Part shown: positions 20,455-29,408 of the stretch, piece after piece | How positions within the stretch are numbered: position 1 is the stretch's first letter | Layout of the letters: each line of letters starts with the position of its first letter | NCBI GenBank assembly: GCA_048884965.1 | Contig: JBHLQH010000002.1 | Coordinates: 98,239-162,238 of the forward strand | Origin: Candidatus Thorarchaeota archaeon | Lineage (GTDB): Archaea; Asgardarchaeota; Thorarchaeia; Thorarchaeales; Thorarchaeaceae | Direction: 5' to 3' | Length of the DNA: 64,000 bases | Made by a program: the position numbers and the translations under genes | The notes under the pieces: model-generated | The model's input: the letters and a program-made list of their open reading frames with translations, nothing else | Told to the model about the DNA's origin: nothing | Databases searched by the model: none

Positions 20455-21261
20455 TTGGAGGTAACCCAGTTGAAACCACTTTCAAGAAAACCATTTGTTT
20501 TGATGTTACAGGATGATGCTGGCGAACTTTCACATCTCAGACTCGACCCAGGGATGGTGAATAGTGACACTGCCATTATCGTTCTTGATGAATATAGCGA
20601 CACTTGCTGGGTGTGGATTGGGAGAGACGTAAATATGCCTACTCGAATGCATGCTCTGAGAATGAGTAAGAGTGTTCAGAAATCAGGGTATACTGTGGGA
20701 GCAACCACTATTGGAATGTCGATCGCGAAACTTGTCGAGATGATGGAAAAGGACGATAGCGATCCAGATGTTGCCTCAAACATAACGAGCTTCAAGGAGA
20801 TGATCAGGCGCAAGTGGAGCTTTGATGATGGAGTTCTTGCATTTGATGCATCTCAAGCCAAAGCCTTTGAAGCAAAGCCACCAGACATCGTCGATTCCAT
20901 GAGTTCGTCAAGTCCGGTGCATGTGCAACCAAAGAGACATGAAGCTGTCGAGATCGTGGCTGAAACTGTAGACCACGAGCCAAAACCAGTCCTCACAGTG
21001 ACAACCCCAGGAATCACAGCGGAGAAGAAGGCTGCATTCCTGCTCTATTCAGCCGTGAAGAATGCAGATGTTGTGTATGTCGAGAGATTTGAGCGGAATG
21101 GAATCAAGGGATTGAAACTTGAGGTCCCAGGAAGTCCACCATTGGTCCTAGAAGCCCTCTTGGATGGGAATGATATATCAATAAGTCCAGATACATTCGG
21201 GGACCATGACAGATCTGCAGAGATAAAGAAGACCTACGAAGCATGGGTCAAACGCCTCTAA
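20455..21261 (+). CDS. Gelsolin-like domain protein with extra C-terminal domain
   Basis: VNSDTAIIVLDEYSDTCWVWIG...RMHALRMSKS resembles a gelsolin repeat core. Confidence 0.65.
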   Translation: MEVTQLKPLSRKPFVLMLQDDAGELSHLRLDPGMVNSDTAIIVLDEYSDTCWVWIGRDVNMPTRMHALRMSKSVQKSGYTVGATTIGMSIAKLVEMMEKDDSDPDVASNITSFKEMIRRKWSFDDGVLAFDASQAKAFEAKPPDIVDSMSSSSPVHVQPKRHEAVEIVAETVDHEPKPVLTVTTPGITAEKKAAFLLYSAVKNADVVYVERFERNGIKGLKLEVPGSPPLVLEALLDGNDISISPDTFGDHDRSAEIKKTYEAWVKRL

Positions 21262-21268
21262 GCAAGTT

Positions 21269-21290
21269 CTTGGCGGCCCTCGCCGCCAAG
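21269..21290. terminator. Hairpin between convergent genes
   Basis: CTTGGCGG-ccctcg-CCGCCAAG then gcgtttcatttt. Confidence 0.55.
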
Positions 21291-21300
21291 GCGTTTCATT

Positions 21301-22050
21301 TTATTCTAGATAGCGATACCAATAGGTGTAGCAATACTTGAAGCCCAAGTTCGCATACATTCTTTTTGCCACCTCATTATCAACCTCTACCTGAAGGAAT
21401 GCTTTCTTTGCACCTTGTTCAAAACCCCATTCCAAGAGTGCGTCGCTTAGGCATGAAGCAAATCCCTTGTTTCGGAAATCAGCTAATGTGCTAATTCGAA
21501 ACAGACCTATCCAATTATGTGCTACCATCCCAAGACCAATGGATACAGCTTCATCACCAACACGCACCTGTGCGAATTTCTTTGGTATCTGCGAGCGTAA
21601 CATGAGGGAAACCCGAACTTGAGCTGTGCTGCGATCCCGATTTGAGCTCTTGAAGAAGCACTCCATCCACTCAGATGAAGGAGTGTCAAGTAGTTCAACA
21701 CGACAATGAGAGAACTTCCGTTTGTAATCAAAAATATCCAAAATCTCTGTATCAACCCTAATCCCAGTTTTCCAGTTTCTTTGTCTCAGCTCATCATCCA
21801 AGCCTGAAGGATAGCTAAAGTCGGTAAGCTGAAATCGTGGCTGCAAACCTCTCTCTCGATAGTACTCGGTACAATAGGCAAGAGCGTCCTCTAGAGGAAC
21901 TCCGGGTGAAGATAATGGAAGTATACTGTTTGCTCGCCAAGTGATGTCCTGATTCAGACGTAGCTGCCATCCTCCCAAATCATGGATTTCTTGAGCTAGC
22001 CACATCTCAGAACTGACTTGCTCCAATTCCCGTTCCAAGTCATTATTCAT
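21301..22050 (-). CDS. GNAT N-acetyltransferase
   Basis: RANS N-terminal motif, FRNKGFA, AFLQVEVDN..A..MY..LGF. Confidence 0.88.
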   Translation of the reverse strand: MNNDLERELEQVSSEMWLAQEIHDLGGWQLRLNQDITWRANSILPLSSPGVPLEDALAYCTEYYRERGLQPRFQLTDFSYPSGLDDELRQRNWKTGIRVDTEILDIFDYKRKFSHCRVELLDTPSSEWMECFFKSSNRDRSTAQVRVSLMLRSQIPKKFAQVRVGDEAVSIGLGMVAHNWIGLFRISTLADFRNKGFASCLSDALLEWGFEQGAKKAFLQVEVDNEVAKRMYANLGFKYCYTYWYRYLE

Positions 22051-22146
22051 AGGGATTCATCCATAAAAGTAACTTACAAATCCAAGGACCGATACGTCAC
22101 CTTAATCAACCTGCTTCCCTTTCAAGAAGCAAGACCGGTGGATGAA

Positions 22147-23088
22147 ATGGCAGAACTTAGGTGGAATTCCATGCTTGGTGAATGGGTCATTGTCACACCC
22201 AAAAGAGCTACAAGACCATTTCAAGAGAAGGAACAAGCATGCCCATTCTGTCCAGGACAGGAGGAAACACAAGGGGATTGGCATGTGCTTGCACTTGATA
22301 ACAAGTTCGCATCTTTGCAGCCTGACGAGTTTCCTGTAAGATTGGATTCTGGATTAGTGATTGGAACCAGTGCACATGGGTATTGCAAGGTCATTATAGA
22401 GTCACCAGATCATGAGATGCAACTGGAGAGGATGAATAAAATTCAACTCCTACGAGTCTTCGAGGAGTTCCTGAGTGTCTATAATGATCTGAAGGAAAAG
22501 CAAGGGGTAGAATATATCCTTGAATTTGAGAACCGAGGGAAATCGATCGGGGTCAGCCTGAATCATCCTCATGCACAAGTATATGCATTTCCTTTCATTC
22601 CACCAAGAATTCAGAGAGAGATTGAGCAATTCAAGATATATCGAGAAGAAACAGGAGTATGTTTGGTCTGCGACGCCATAGGGAACGAATTGAAGTCGGG
22701 GGAAAGGATCATCAAAGAAACGGAACACTTCATCTCCCTCATCCCATATGGCGCACGACTTCCCTACGAGGTCCACATATATCCAAGAATCCATGTGCAG
22801 GATCTTCTAGGGTTAGAACCTTATTTGGAGGAGTTTGGGAGCCTCATTGCGGACACGATAAAACGATATGATGTAACTTTTGACGAAACAGCATATGCGA
22901 TGGTCTTCCACACTAGCCCTGCAAAAGGCACTCATGATTATTGGCATTTTCACGTAGAGTTCTATCCCCCTTGGAGAGACCGCTCAAGACTGAAGTACCT
23001 GGCAGGAGTAGAGTCAGGAGCGTGGTCATACACCAACGATTCCTCTCCAGAGGAAAAGGCAAAGGAGCTTCGGGAGGCATTGAAATGA
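22147..23088 (+). CDS. galT: Galactose-1-phosphate uridylyltransferase
   Basis: ELRWN...EWV....R..RP, CPFCPG, FENRG..IGVSLNHPHAQ. Confidence 0.92.
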   Translation: MAELRWNSMLGEWVIVTPKRATRPFQEKEQACPFCPGQEETQGDWHVLALDNKFASLQPDEFPVRLDSGLVIGTSAHGYCKVIIESPDHEMQLERMNKIQLLRVFEEFLSVYNDLKEKQGVEYILEFENRGKSIGVSLNHPHAQVYAFPFIPPRIQREIEQFKIYREETGVCLVCDAIGNELKSGERIIKETEHFISLIPYGARLPYEVHIYPRIHVQDLLGLEPYLEEFGSLIADTIKRYDVTFDETAYAMVFHTSPAKGTHDYWHFHVEFYPPWRDRSRLKYLAGVESGAWSYTNDSSPEEKAKELREALK

Positions 23089-24245
23089 TACAAGTTCCTA
23101 AAGGTATGCTTGAGGAACTTCAAAGACGAGTTGGCACTGATGATGTGACACCCTATCTATCAAAGGCACCGGGTCGCATAGAGGTATTAGGAAATCATAC
23201 AGATTACAACGCAGGATTAGTACTCTCTGCGACAATAAACAAGTATGTATGGTCCCTTGGCGTTCCAAGTGATACTGTTAATCTGGTAGCAATGGACTTG
23301 GGTGAGGATGTCCAGTTCCAAACAACCGGAAATCAGCCAGATATCGAAAGAACATGGAAGGAATATGCAAAAGGGGTCTATTGGGCATTCGAAAGAAGAA
23401 AGCACAGGGTTACTGGAGTCACTGCAGTCATTCATGGCGATGTTCCCAGAGGTGGAGGACTGAGTTCTTCCGCGGCGTTCGAGGTCTCCTTAGCTAGCTT
23501 GGTTCTGAAGATCAGTGGATTGGACTTGAATCCCAAAGCAGCTGCTATGATATCATTCGAGGCGGAGAGACTATTCTGTGGGGTATCATGCGGCATCATG
23601 GACCAATTCACATCCCAATTGGGAGAACCTGATTCCCTATTGAGTATAAACTGCCGCAATTTTGAAACAAGAAATGTTACCATACCCGCAGGGGTGACAT
23701 TCGTTGTGATAGATTCCATGATCTCAAGGTCAGCAGACAATGCATTAGGAGTCCGAAGGACTGAGTGTTTGCAAGCTCTAAAGGAACTACAAGAGACTGA
23801 TTGGGCGATTCAAAATCTGAGCGACCTCGCACCTGCTCATCTTGCAAAGGTTCGGGATGTGCTTGATAATACATTGGCAGATAGAGTAACTCATGTAGTA
23901 CAAGAGAACGATCGAGTACGTAAAGGAATAGAAGCCATCAAAGGAAATGACCTTGATGCCTTTGGAAAGATCATGATCGAATCACATTCTAGCTCGCGAG
24001 ACCTCTACAAGGTCTCCCATCCCAATCTCGACTTTTTGGTGGAAGCATCTATTGCGCAGGAAGGAGTTATGGGAGCCCGTCTTTCAGGGGCAGGGTTTGG
24101 AGGAGCTGTCTTGGCACTGGTCAAGGAGAAAAAGGTCTTCACATTCATGGATGCGATTACCAAGACCTACGAGTCAGAAATGGGAAGGATACCCGACATC
24201 ATTCCAGTAACGATACCGGGTGGTGTGACAGTAGAGAAAATCTGA
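23085..24245 (+). CDS. galK: Galactokinase
   Basis: APGRIEVLGNHTDYN, P.GGGLSSSAA, CGIMDQF, GARLSGAGFGG; ATGA overlap with galT. Confidence 0.92.
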   Translation: MIQVPKGMLEELQRRVGTDDVTPYLSKAPGRIEVLGNHTDYNAGLVLSATINKYVWSLGVPSDTVNLVAMDLGEDVQFQTTGNQPDIERTWKEYAKGVYWAFERRKHRVTGVTAVIHGDVPRGGGLSSSAAFEVSLASLVLKISGLDLNPKAAAMISFEAERLFCGVSCGIMDQFTSQLGEPDSLLSINCRNFETRNVTIPAGVTFVVIDSMISRSADNALGVRRTECLQALKELQETDWAIQNLSDLAPAHLAKVRDVLDNTLADRVTHVVQENDRVRKGIEAIKGNDLDAFGKIMIESHSSSRDLYKVSHPNLDFLVEASIAQEGVMGARLSGAGFGGAVLALVKEKKVFTFMDAITKTYESEMGRIPDIIPVTIPGGVTVEKI

Positions 24246-24296
24246 GTAGACAAGCGAAAAGCAAGTTTAATAGATAGTGTTTTCTGGACCTTCAGA

Positions 24297-24740
24297 ATGA
24301 GTCTAGTTTTGATTATACTTGGAATCTTCCTTCTTTTGGAATTCTCAAACGTGATTGCACTATACCTAAGACCAGGTTCCACTAAAGCCAATGCGGTAGG
24401 AGTGTTCACAGCTTGGGAGAAATCAAAACAGGATCCCGAGATACATAATTTCGTCAAGTATCTTGTATGGTGGGTAGCGGGAACGAAACTTATCTTCCTT
24501 TCCTTGCTGGTCGTCATCCTAGTATTTGCGGATCCCATAACTCAATCATTCGCAATCTTGGCTCTGATTATCTCAACAGCCACATTCTTCTGGAAGCTAT
24601 TCCCTCTGATCAGAACGATTGATAGAGAGTCACAATTGGTAACCAAGGGATACTCCAGAACCCTAGGTATAATGATAGGAATACTCATTCTTGCGTTTGC
24701 ATTGGCATATCTAACCGCGGCAGGATTCATTATCATTTAG
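24297..24740 (+). CDS. Four-TM membrane protein
   Basis: 147-aa hydrophobic ORF. Confidence 0.7.
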   Translation: MSLVLIILGIFLLLEFSNVIALYLRPGSTKANAVGVFTAWEKSKQDPEIHNFVKYLVWWVAGTKLIFLSLLVVILVFADPITQSFAILALIISTATFFWKLFPLIRTIDRESQLVTKGYSRTLGIMIGILILAFALAYLTAAGFIII

Positions 24741-24747
24741 GATTGAC

Positions 24748-24768
24748 TAGAGGGACAAGATCCCTCTA
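24748..24768 (+). terminator. Hairpin plus T tract
   Basis: TAGAGGGA-caaga-TCCCTCTA then ctcttttctatt. Confidence 0.55.
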
Positions 24769-24856
24769 CTCTTTTCTATTACGACTTCTGGGAGGTCGGT
24801 TAAAACGATGCAATTAACTAGATGTTAGTAGGTATGCTGAATAGTCTGCGACATGG

Positions 24857-27796
24857 GTGAAGCCAATGGACAAAGAGCAGTTCAATACGATTATCATCAG
24901 TGAAACCCACTGGGATAGAGCTTGGTATCAAACTTTTGAGCAATTTAGACTTCGGCTAGTAAAACTTGTAGATAAGTTACTCAGAATCCTGGAGGACAAT
25001 CCAGAATTCACCCACTATACATTCGATGGTCAAACCGTTGTATTGGAAGACTATCTGGAAGTAAAGCCCTTTGAGAGGGATAGAATCTCTAAGCTAATTC
25101 GGGATGGACGTATCGATGTAGGTCCTTGGTACATCCTGCCGGATGTGTTCCTCGTATCTGGTGAGAGTCTAATCCGCAATTTCCTTCGGGGTAAGAGAAT
25201 CGCTAAGGAATTTGGTGGATGGATGGATGTCGGATACATTCCTGATCCCTTTGGTCATGTCAGTCAGATGCCTCAAATCCTATCTCAGTTCTCAATCGAT
25301 TCAATCATCTTCGCAAGAGGAACTGGAGAAGAGTCAGAGGAACTTGGCTCTGAGTTCATATGGGAAGCATCCGATGGAAGTGAAGTTCTAGCCCATTGGC
25401 TACCAGGCTCGTATGGGAATGCTGCGAATCTTCCAGATGATGTACAGGATGCAGTGTATGTTCTCGAGGATGTCATTGGAAGGATGAAGCCTTGGTCACG
25501 AATTGGGACCTATCTTCTCATGAATGGGTCTGATCATCTGGAGCCACAAGAGCATCTACCAGAGGTAGTAAAGACATTCAATAAAACCCACGAAGACCAG
25601 ATAGTCATCGGCACTTTGCCAATGTTCGTTGAGAGAATCAGAAAGAAGCGAGAAGTACTGAAGAGGTATAAAGGAGAGTTCCGGCGCTCCAAGTATCACA
25701 ATCTCCTCTCAGGAGTGTACTCCGCAAGAGTCTACATTAAGCAGGCAAACGAATACTCTCAACGCCTGCTTGAAAGAAGTGTAGAACCTTGGTGCTATCT
25801 TGCATCTCTTCATAGTGGAAGATATCCACTCGATGAAATTCGATTGGCATGGAAGTATCTTCTTCTCAATCATCCTCATGATGACATCTGTGGATGCAGC
25901 ATTGATGAGGTCCATGATGATAATATGTACCGAATCAGATGGATTGATGAGATAGCAGAGGCCCTTCTCGATGAGAGTCAACAAAGTATCAGGAAGTATC
26001 TCGAATCTGATACTCATGGTGTCGCTGTGCTGAATCCATCCCCACAGAAACGTTCGGGTATTACATATTTCGAGCTGGCGGCATCGAATTACAGATACTC
26101 ACGCTTAGCAGAGATTCACTTGCACGATCCTTACTTGGAGGCAAAGACACCTCTTGAGGCTGCAAAGAACGAGATCCATATTACCTATGTCAGAAAGAAT
26201 GGTTTCGATCTCCCACCAGTTGCTGAACGCACAATACAGATTGGTTCAGAAACACTGTATGAATACGAGTTCGATTTCACCAGTTTGGCGATGTTGGATC
26301 CACCCTTAAGCCGTGCACTCAGGCATATATCGACTTCCTATATGATACGAGTGAATTCAGAGAACAAGATAGTGGAAGTATGGGCTCGCAAATTCGATGC
26401 GGCTGAGCCTGCAAATTCCGTTCTTGGATTAGTGGATGAATCAGGGAAAACAATCCCGATCCAGCTACTTGACTATGAGATGAAGAAAGATCCCGGGAAT
26501 CATCTGATAGATGATAGGGAGGAGCATCTTCGATTTGCGGTATCTGCCGAGAACGTTCCTGCATTGGGAATGCGTCGTTTTGATATGAGATATTCTAAGG
26601 AGCCTCAGGAATACGATATTGAGCAACCTGTTGTTACTTCAGAAGATACTCTTGACAATGGAATTCTCGCTGTCAAAGTCGAGAAGAATGGGGCAGTAAC
26701 CATCACAGACAAGCGAACATCGCAAATCTATGAAGGATTATTGATATTCGAGGATTCAGCAGATGCTGGTGATTCCTACGACTATTGTCCAATTGAAGAT
26801 GGAACGATTGTCTTTGATGATCTGGAAGTTGATGTGGAGTTAGGATACAGTGGGCCACTGGTGGGCTCATTGATTCTCACAGGAACACTAGACCTTCCTA
26901 TAGGATTGACTCAGAACACACTTGAGAGATTAGAGGAAACAGCGCCATGTGACTTCGTGATGGAGATCACTCTTGAGAAGGAATCACCGACTATGTATGT
27001 GACGACCATCTTCAACAATCTTGTGGATGACCATCGGCTAAGAGTCCTGTTCCCAACGAAATCCAAAGCAAAGGTATGCTCAGCAGATTCAACCTTTGAC
27101 ATTCTGGATAGACCGATAAGACCTGTACAAAGGACAGAATGGGTTCAACCATTGGCTCCAACATATCCTATACGGAGCTTTATGAGCTTGGGTGATAATG
27201 GACGGGGATTGACCATTACCACAAAGGGGCTTCTTGAATTTGAGATTCTGGAAGAACAAGGAGGAACTATAGCTTTGACTTTGGTCAGGTCCGTAGGGTG
27301 GCTATCAAAGATGGGATTCCCGACAAGAGGCGACAGTGCGGGACCGATTGTTGAAGTGCCAGGTGCACAGTGTAGTGGTCCGAATACGGTAGAGTTTGCG
27401 ATAACACCTCACACAGGCTCATGGTTTGATGATAAGACATATGCGGAGTCAGAGGCTTACCTCCTACCTTTGGAATCATTGTTCATTCCAAAGGGTGACT
27501 CAAAGATCCGTAACTATGAGCATGAAGGTATAGAGATCAAACCTGGATGTATGCGACTTTCAGCCCTCAAACAATCAGAGGATGGTAAGTATGGCGTATT
27601 GCGATTTTGGAATATCTCAGATGCCGAAGAGGAGTGTACTATCACCTTTGGATTTGATGTGCAAAAGGTCGTTGGAGGAAGGATGGACGAATCAATTGAT
27701 GAGTCGATAAAGATCGAGAAGGTGAATAGCACCAGCTACAAGGTCTCGGTTCCAGCGAAGAGAGTCTTGACAATTCTCTTCAACCCTGAGAGATGA
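24857..27796 (+). CDS. Glycoside hydrolase family 38 (alpha-mannosidase/mannosylglycerate hydrolase-like)
   Basis: THWDRAWY, FDGQT, PDPFGH, NGSDH, HPHDDICGCSID. Confidence 0.92.
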   Translation: MKPMDKEQFNTIIISETHWDRAWYQTFEQFRLRLVKLVDKLLRILEDNPEFTHYTFDGQTVVLEDYLEVKPFERDRISKLIRDGRIDVGPWYILPDVFLVSGESLIRNFLRGKRIAKEFGGWMDVGYIPDPFGHVSQMPQILSQFSIDSIIFARGTGEESEELGSEFIWEASDGSEVLAHWLPGSYGNAANLPDDVQDAVYVLEDVIGRMKPWSRIGTYLLMNGSDHLEPQEHLPEVVKTFNKTHEDQIVIGTLPMFVERIRKKREVLKRYKGEFRRSKYHNLLSGVYSARVYIKQANEYSQRLLERSVEPWCYLASLHSGRYPLDEIRLAWKYLLLNHPHDDICGCSIDEVHDDNMYRIRWIDEIAEALLDESQQSIRKYLESDTHGVAVLNPSPQKRSGITYFELAASNYRYSRLAEIHLHDPYLEAKTPLEAAKNEIHITYVRKNGFDLPPVAERTIQIGSETLYEYEFDFTSLAMLDPPLSRALRHISTSYMIRVNSENKIVEVWARKFDAAEPANSVLGLVDESGKTIPIQLLDYEMKKDPGNHLIDDREEHLRFAVSAENVPALGMRRFDMRYSKEPQEYDIEQPVVTSEDTLDNGILAVKVEKNGAVTITDKRTSQIYEGLLIFEDSADAGDSYDYCPIEDGTIVFDDLEVDVELGYSGPLVGSLILTGTLDLPIGLTQNTLERLEETAPCDFVMEITLEKESPTMYVTTIFNNLVDDHRLRVLFPTKSKAKVCSADSTFDILDRPIRPVQRTEWVQPLAPTYPIRSFMSLGDNGRGLTITTKGLLEFEILEEQGGTIALTLVRSVGWLSKMGFPTRGDSAGPIVEVPGAQCSGPNTVEFAITPHTGSWFDDKTYAESEAYLLPLESLFIPKGDSKIRNYEHEGIEIKPGCMRLSALKQSEDGKYGVLRFWNISDAEEECTITFGFDVQKVVGGRMDESIDESIKIEKVNSTSYKVSVPAKRVLTILFNPER

Positions 27797-27802
27797 GACT
27801 TA

Positions 27803-28510
27803 ATGACCTCTGACAATATTCCTAATATCGTAAGGGACTATGCGCCAATACTGCATTTCCACCCTGAGGAAGGAGAGTATTGCTGCTTTCCGTCGGATGC
27901 AGAGGAAATCTATTCAAAATACTTTAACAGCTGGGATTCGTTCGAGAAGCAGCTCACTCCAAGAAATCTAGACACGTCCACGCCATGCTACTATGAGATG
28001 TGGACGAGTGAGAGGATGACCCAGCTAAGGTATTGGTTCTGGTACAACTACAATAGATTCCCTCGTGCACCACTTGGTCTAGGAGAGCATCTTGGCGATT
28101 GGGAGCATGTAGAGGTTAGGATTTACACTGAGAATAAAGTCATTTGGCTCTTCTCGAACCATCTCGTTTCTAGACTCCTATCAATTCCTGAGGGATTGAC
28201 ACTTCCGAAATTCAAGGCGGTCACACCAATGCTTGACAAGATGCACGTTCATGCTTGGGTCGCATTGGGATCTCATGCGCTCTATCCGAGTCATGATAGC
28301 AAGCCATACTGTATCGGGGGAGTCTTGTGCGATAAGATATCTGCAGATGGCGAGGTATGGAAGACGATAGATAATCTCGTCGATCTATCAGCAACGAATT
28401 TCTATGAGTTCCAAGGACGATGGGGGGATAGTGGAGCTCCAAGAAGTCCTACGAATGAATACAACAATAGGTGGAGAAATGCTTCAAATACGGGGCCAAT
28501 CACAGGATAA
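27803..28510 (+). CDS. Vps62-like protein
   Basis: YAPILHFHP.E, YWFWYNYN, GEHLGDWEHV, ALGSHALYP, F.GRWG. Confidence 0.75.
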   Translation: MTSDNIPNIVRDYAPILHFHPEEGEYCCFPSDAEEIYSKYFNSWDSFEKQLTPRNLDTSTPCYYEMWTSERMTQLRYWFWYNYNRFPRAPLGLGEHLGDWEHVEVRIYTENKVIWLFSNHLVSRLLSIPEGLTLPKFKAVTPMLDKMHVHAWVALGSHALYPSHDSKPYCIGGVLCDKISADGEVWKTIDNLVDLSATNFYEFQGRWGDSGAPRSPTNEYNNRWRNASNTGPITG

Positions 28511-28727
28511 CACGATTTATTGTGGGGTAAGAGGTATCTGAGTGTTGTGAGATAAGAGGACTTCCTATCTCTCAGCGGGTGCGTGGACTAGTTTTCGAAA
28601 TATTCCCTCAACATTCGAAACTCCCCCTCCTACCTTATGCCCACGAATCCGCCACTATTCATTTTTTGAATTATCTAGGAAACGATAAAAGTGGGTGAGA
28701 TGCTGAATCTTGAGGAGTGGTGTAAGA

Positions 28728-29000
28728 ATGTCAATAACTTGTGAACGATGTGGAACTCCACTTGGTGGAATTATATGTGCCCAATGTGGACGGGTAAGTA
28801 GTACAGCTGGCAGTTGCTCTTATTGCGGATTCTATTTTGCAAGGACACTATGTGCAGATTGTGGGCAAGCTCTAAGTACTACATATAGTGGACCAAGAAG
28901 ATCCTCCGAGATGGACTACGTTTGCCGAAGGGTTGCAATAATCCTGCCAATTGCATTGATCTCACTCATTATTTTATTGATTATACTAGGCGGAATCTGA
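28728..29000 (+). CDS. Multi zinc-ribbon protein with C-terminal TM
   Basis: Four CxxCG motifs followed by a hydrophobic helix. Confidence 0.75.
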   Translation: MSITCERCGTPLGGIICAQCGRVSSTAGSCSYCGFYFARTLCADCGQALSTTYSGPRRSSEMDYVCRRVAIILPIALISLIILLIILGGI

Positions 29001-29128
29001 GAGAGATTTCCAACATAAGAAGCATAGTGATGAGAGCAGTGATTCTATATGAACTTCATAAGCGAATCGCTGGCAACAGTAAACTATGTTCATCAATGTA
29101 CATAGATGGGCATTGATGATTACATGTG

Positions 29129-29142
29129 CGTAAAGTATAAAA
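29129..29142 (+). promoter_or_regulatory. Putative BRE/TATA for RNA element A and trpB2
   Basis: cgtaaa-GTATAAAA about 25 nt upstream of the conserved element start. Confidence 0.5.
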
Positions 29143-29163
29143 GAGGGCTTGAAACGCAAAGGG

Positions 29164-29380
29164 CAACCACCTTCGAGGAATGAAAAACGTGAGATCAGGT
29201 GAATTTGGCCAATGGCATTGGGGTCCAAATGGACCCGTTCAGCTCGTTCTCTATACTGCTCACGTATAGCCCGCGAAGCACTTCCTCACAGCAGCATTTT
29301 GGACTCGGGGGAAACCAAGTCTTCTCTTTCTAGAAATCTGCGTGCAGCTGTCTGTGAGGAGTTTTCCATCGAAGGTGGTA
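29164..29380 (+). ncRNA. Structured RNA element, copy A (trpB2 5' leader); family not recognised
   Basis: Closing stem 29166-29180/29364-29379, inner stem 29281-29291/29352-29361, hairpin 29302-29321; shares sequence blocks with copy B. Confidence 0.7.
29180..29269 (+). CDS. Putative Trp-containing leader peptide (29 aa)
   Basis: MKNVRSGEFGQWHWGPNGPVQLVLYTAHV*, inside element A upstream of trpB2. Confidence 0.35.
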   Translation: MKNVRSGEFGQWHWGPNGPVQLVLYTAHV

Positions 29381-29408
29381 CACCAATTTTGTCTGGAGAA
29401 AAGATACT

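Noticed and set aside
29369-29400. T-box riboswitch (GGTGGTAC resembles the T-box GGTGGNACC; upstream TGG as a Trp specifier)
   Set aside because: The sequence is GGTGGTACAC, no antiterminator partner strand is evident, and the GGTGGT is used in the closing stem in both copies; kept only as a testable alternative
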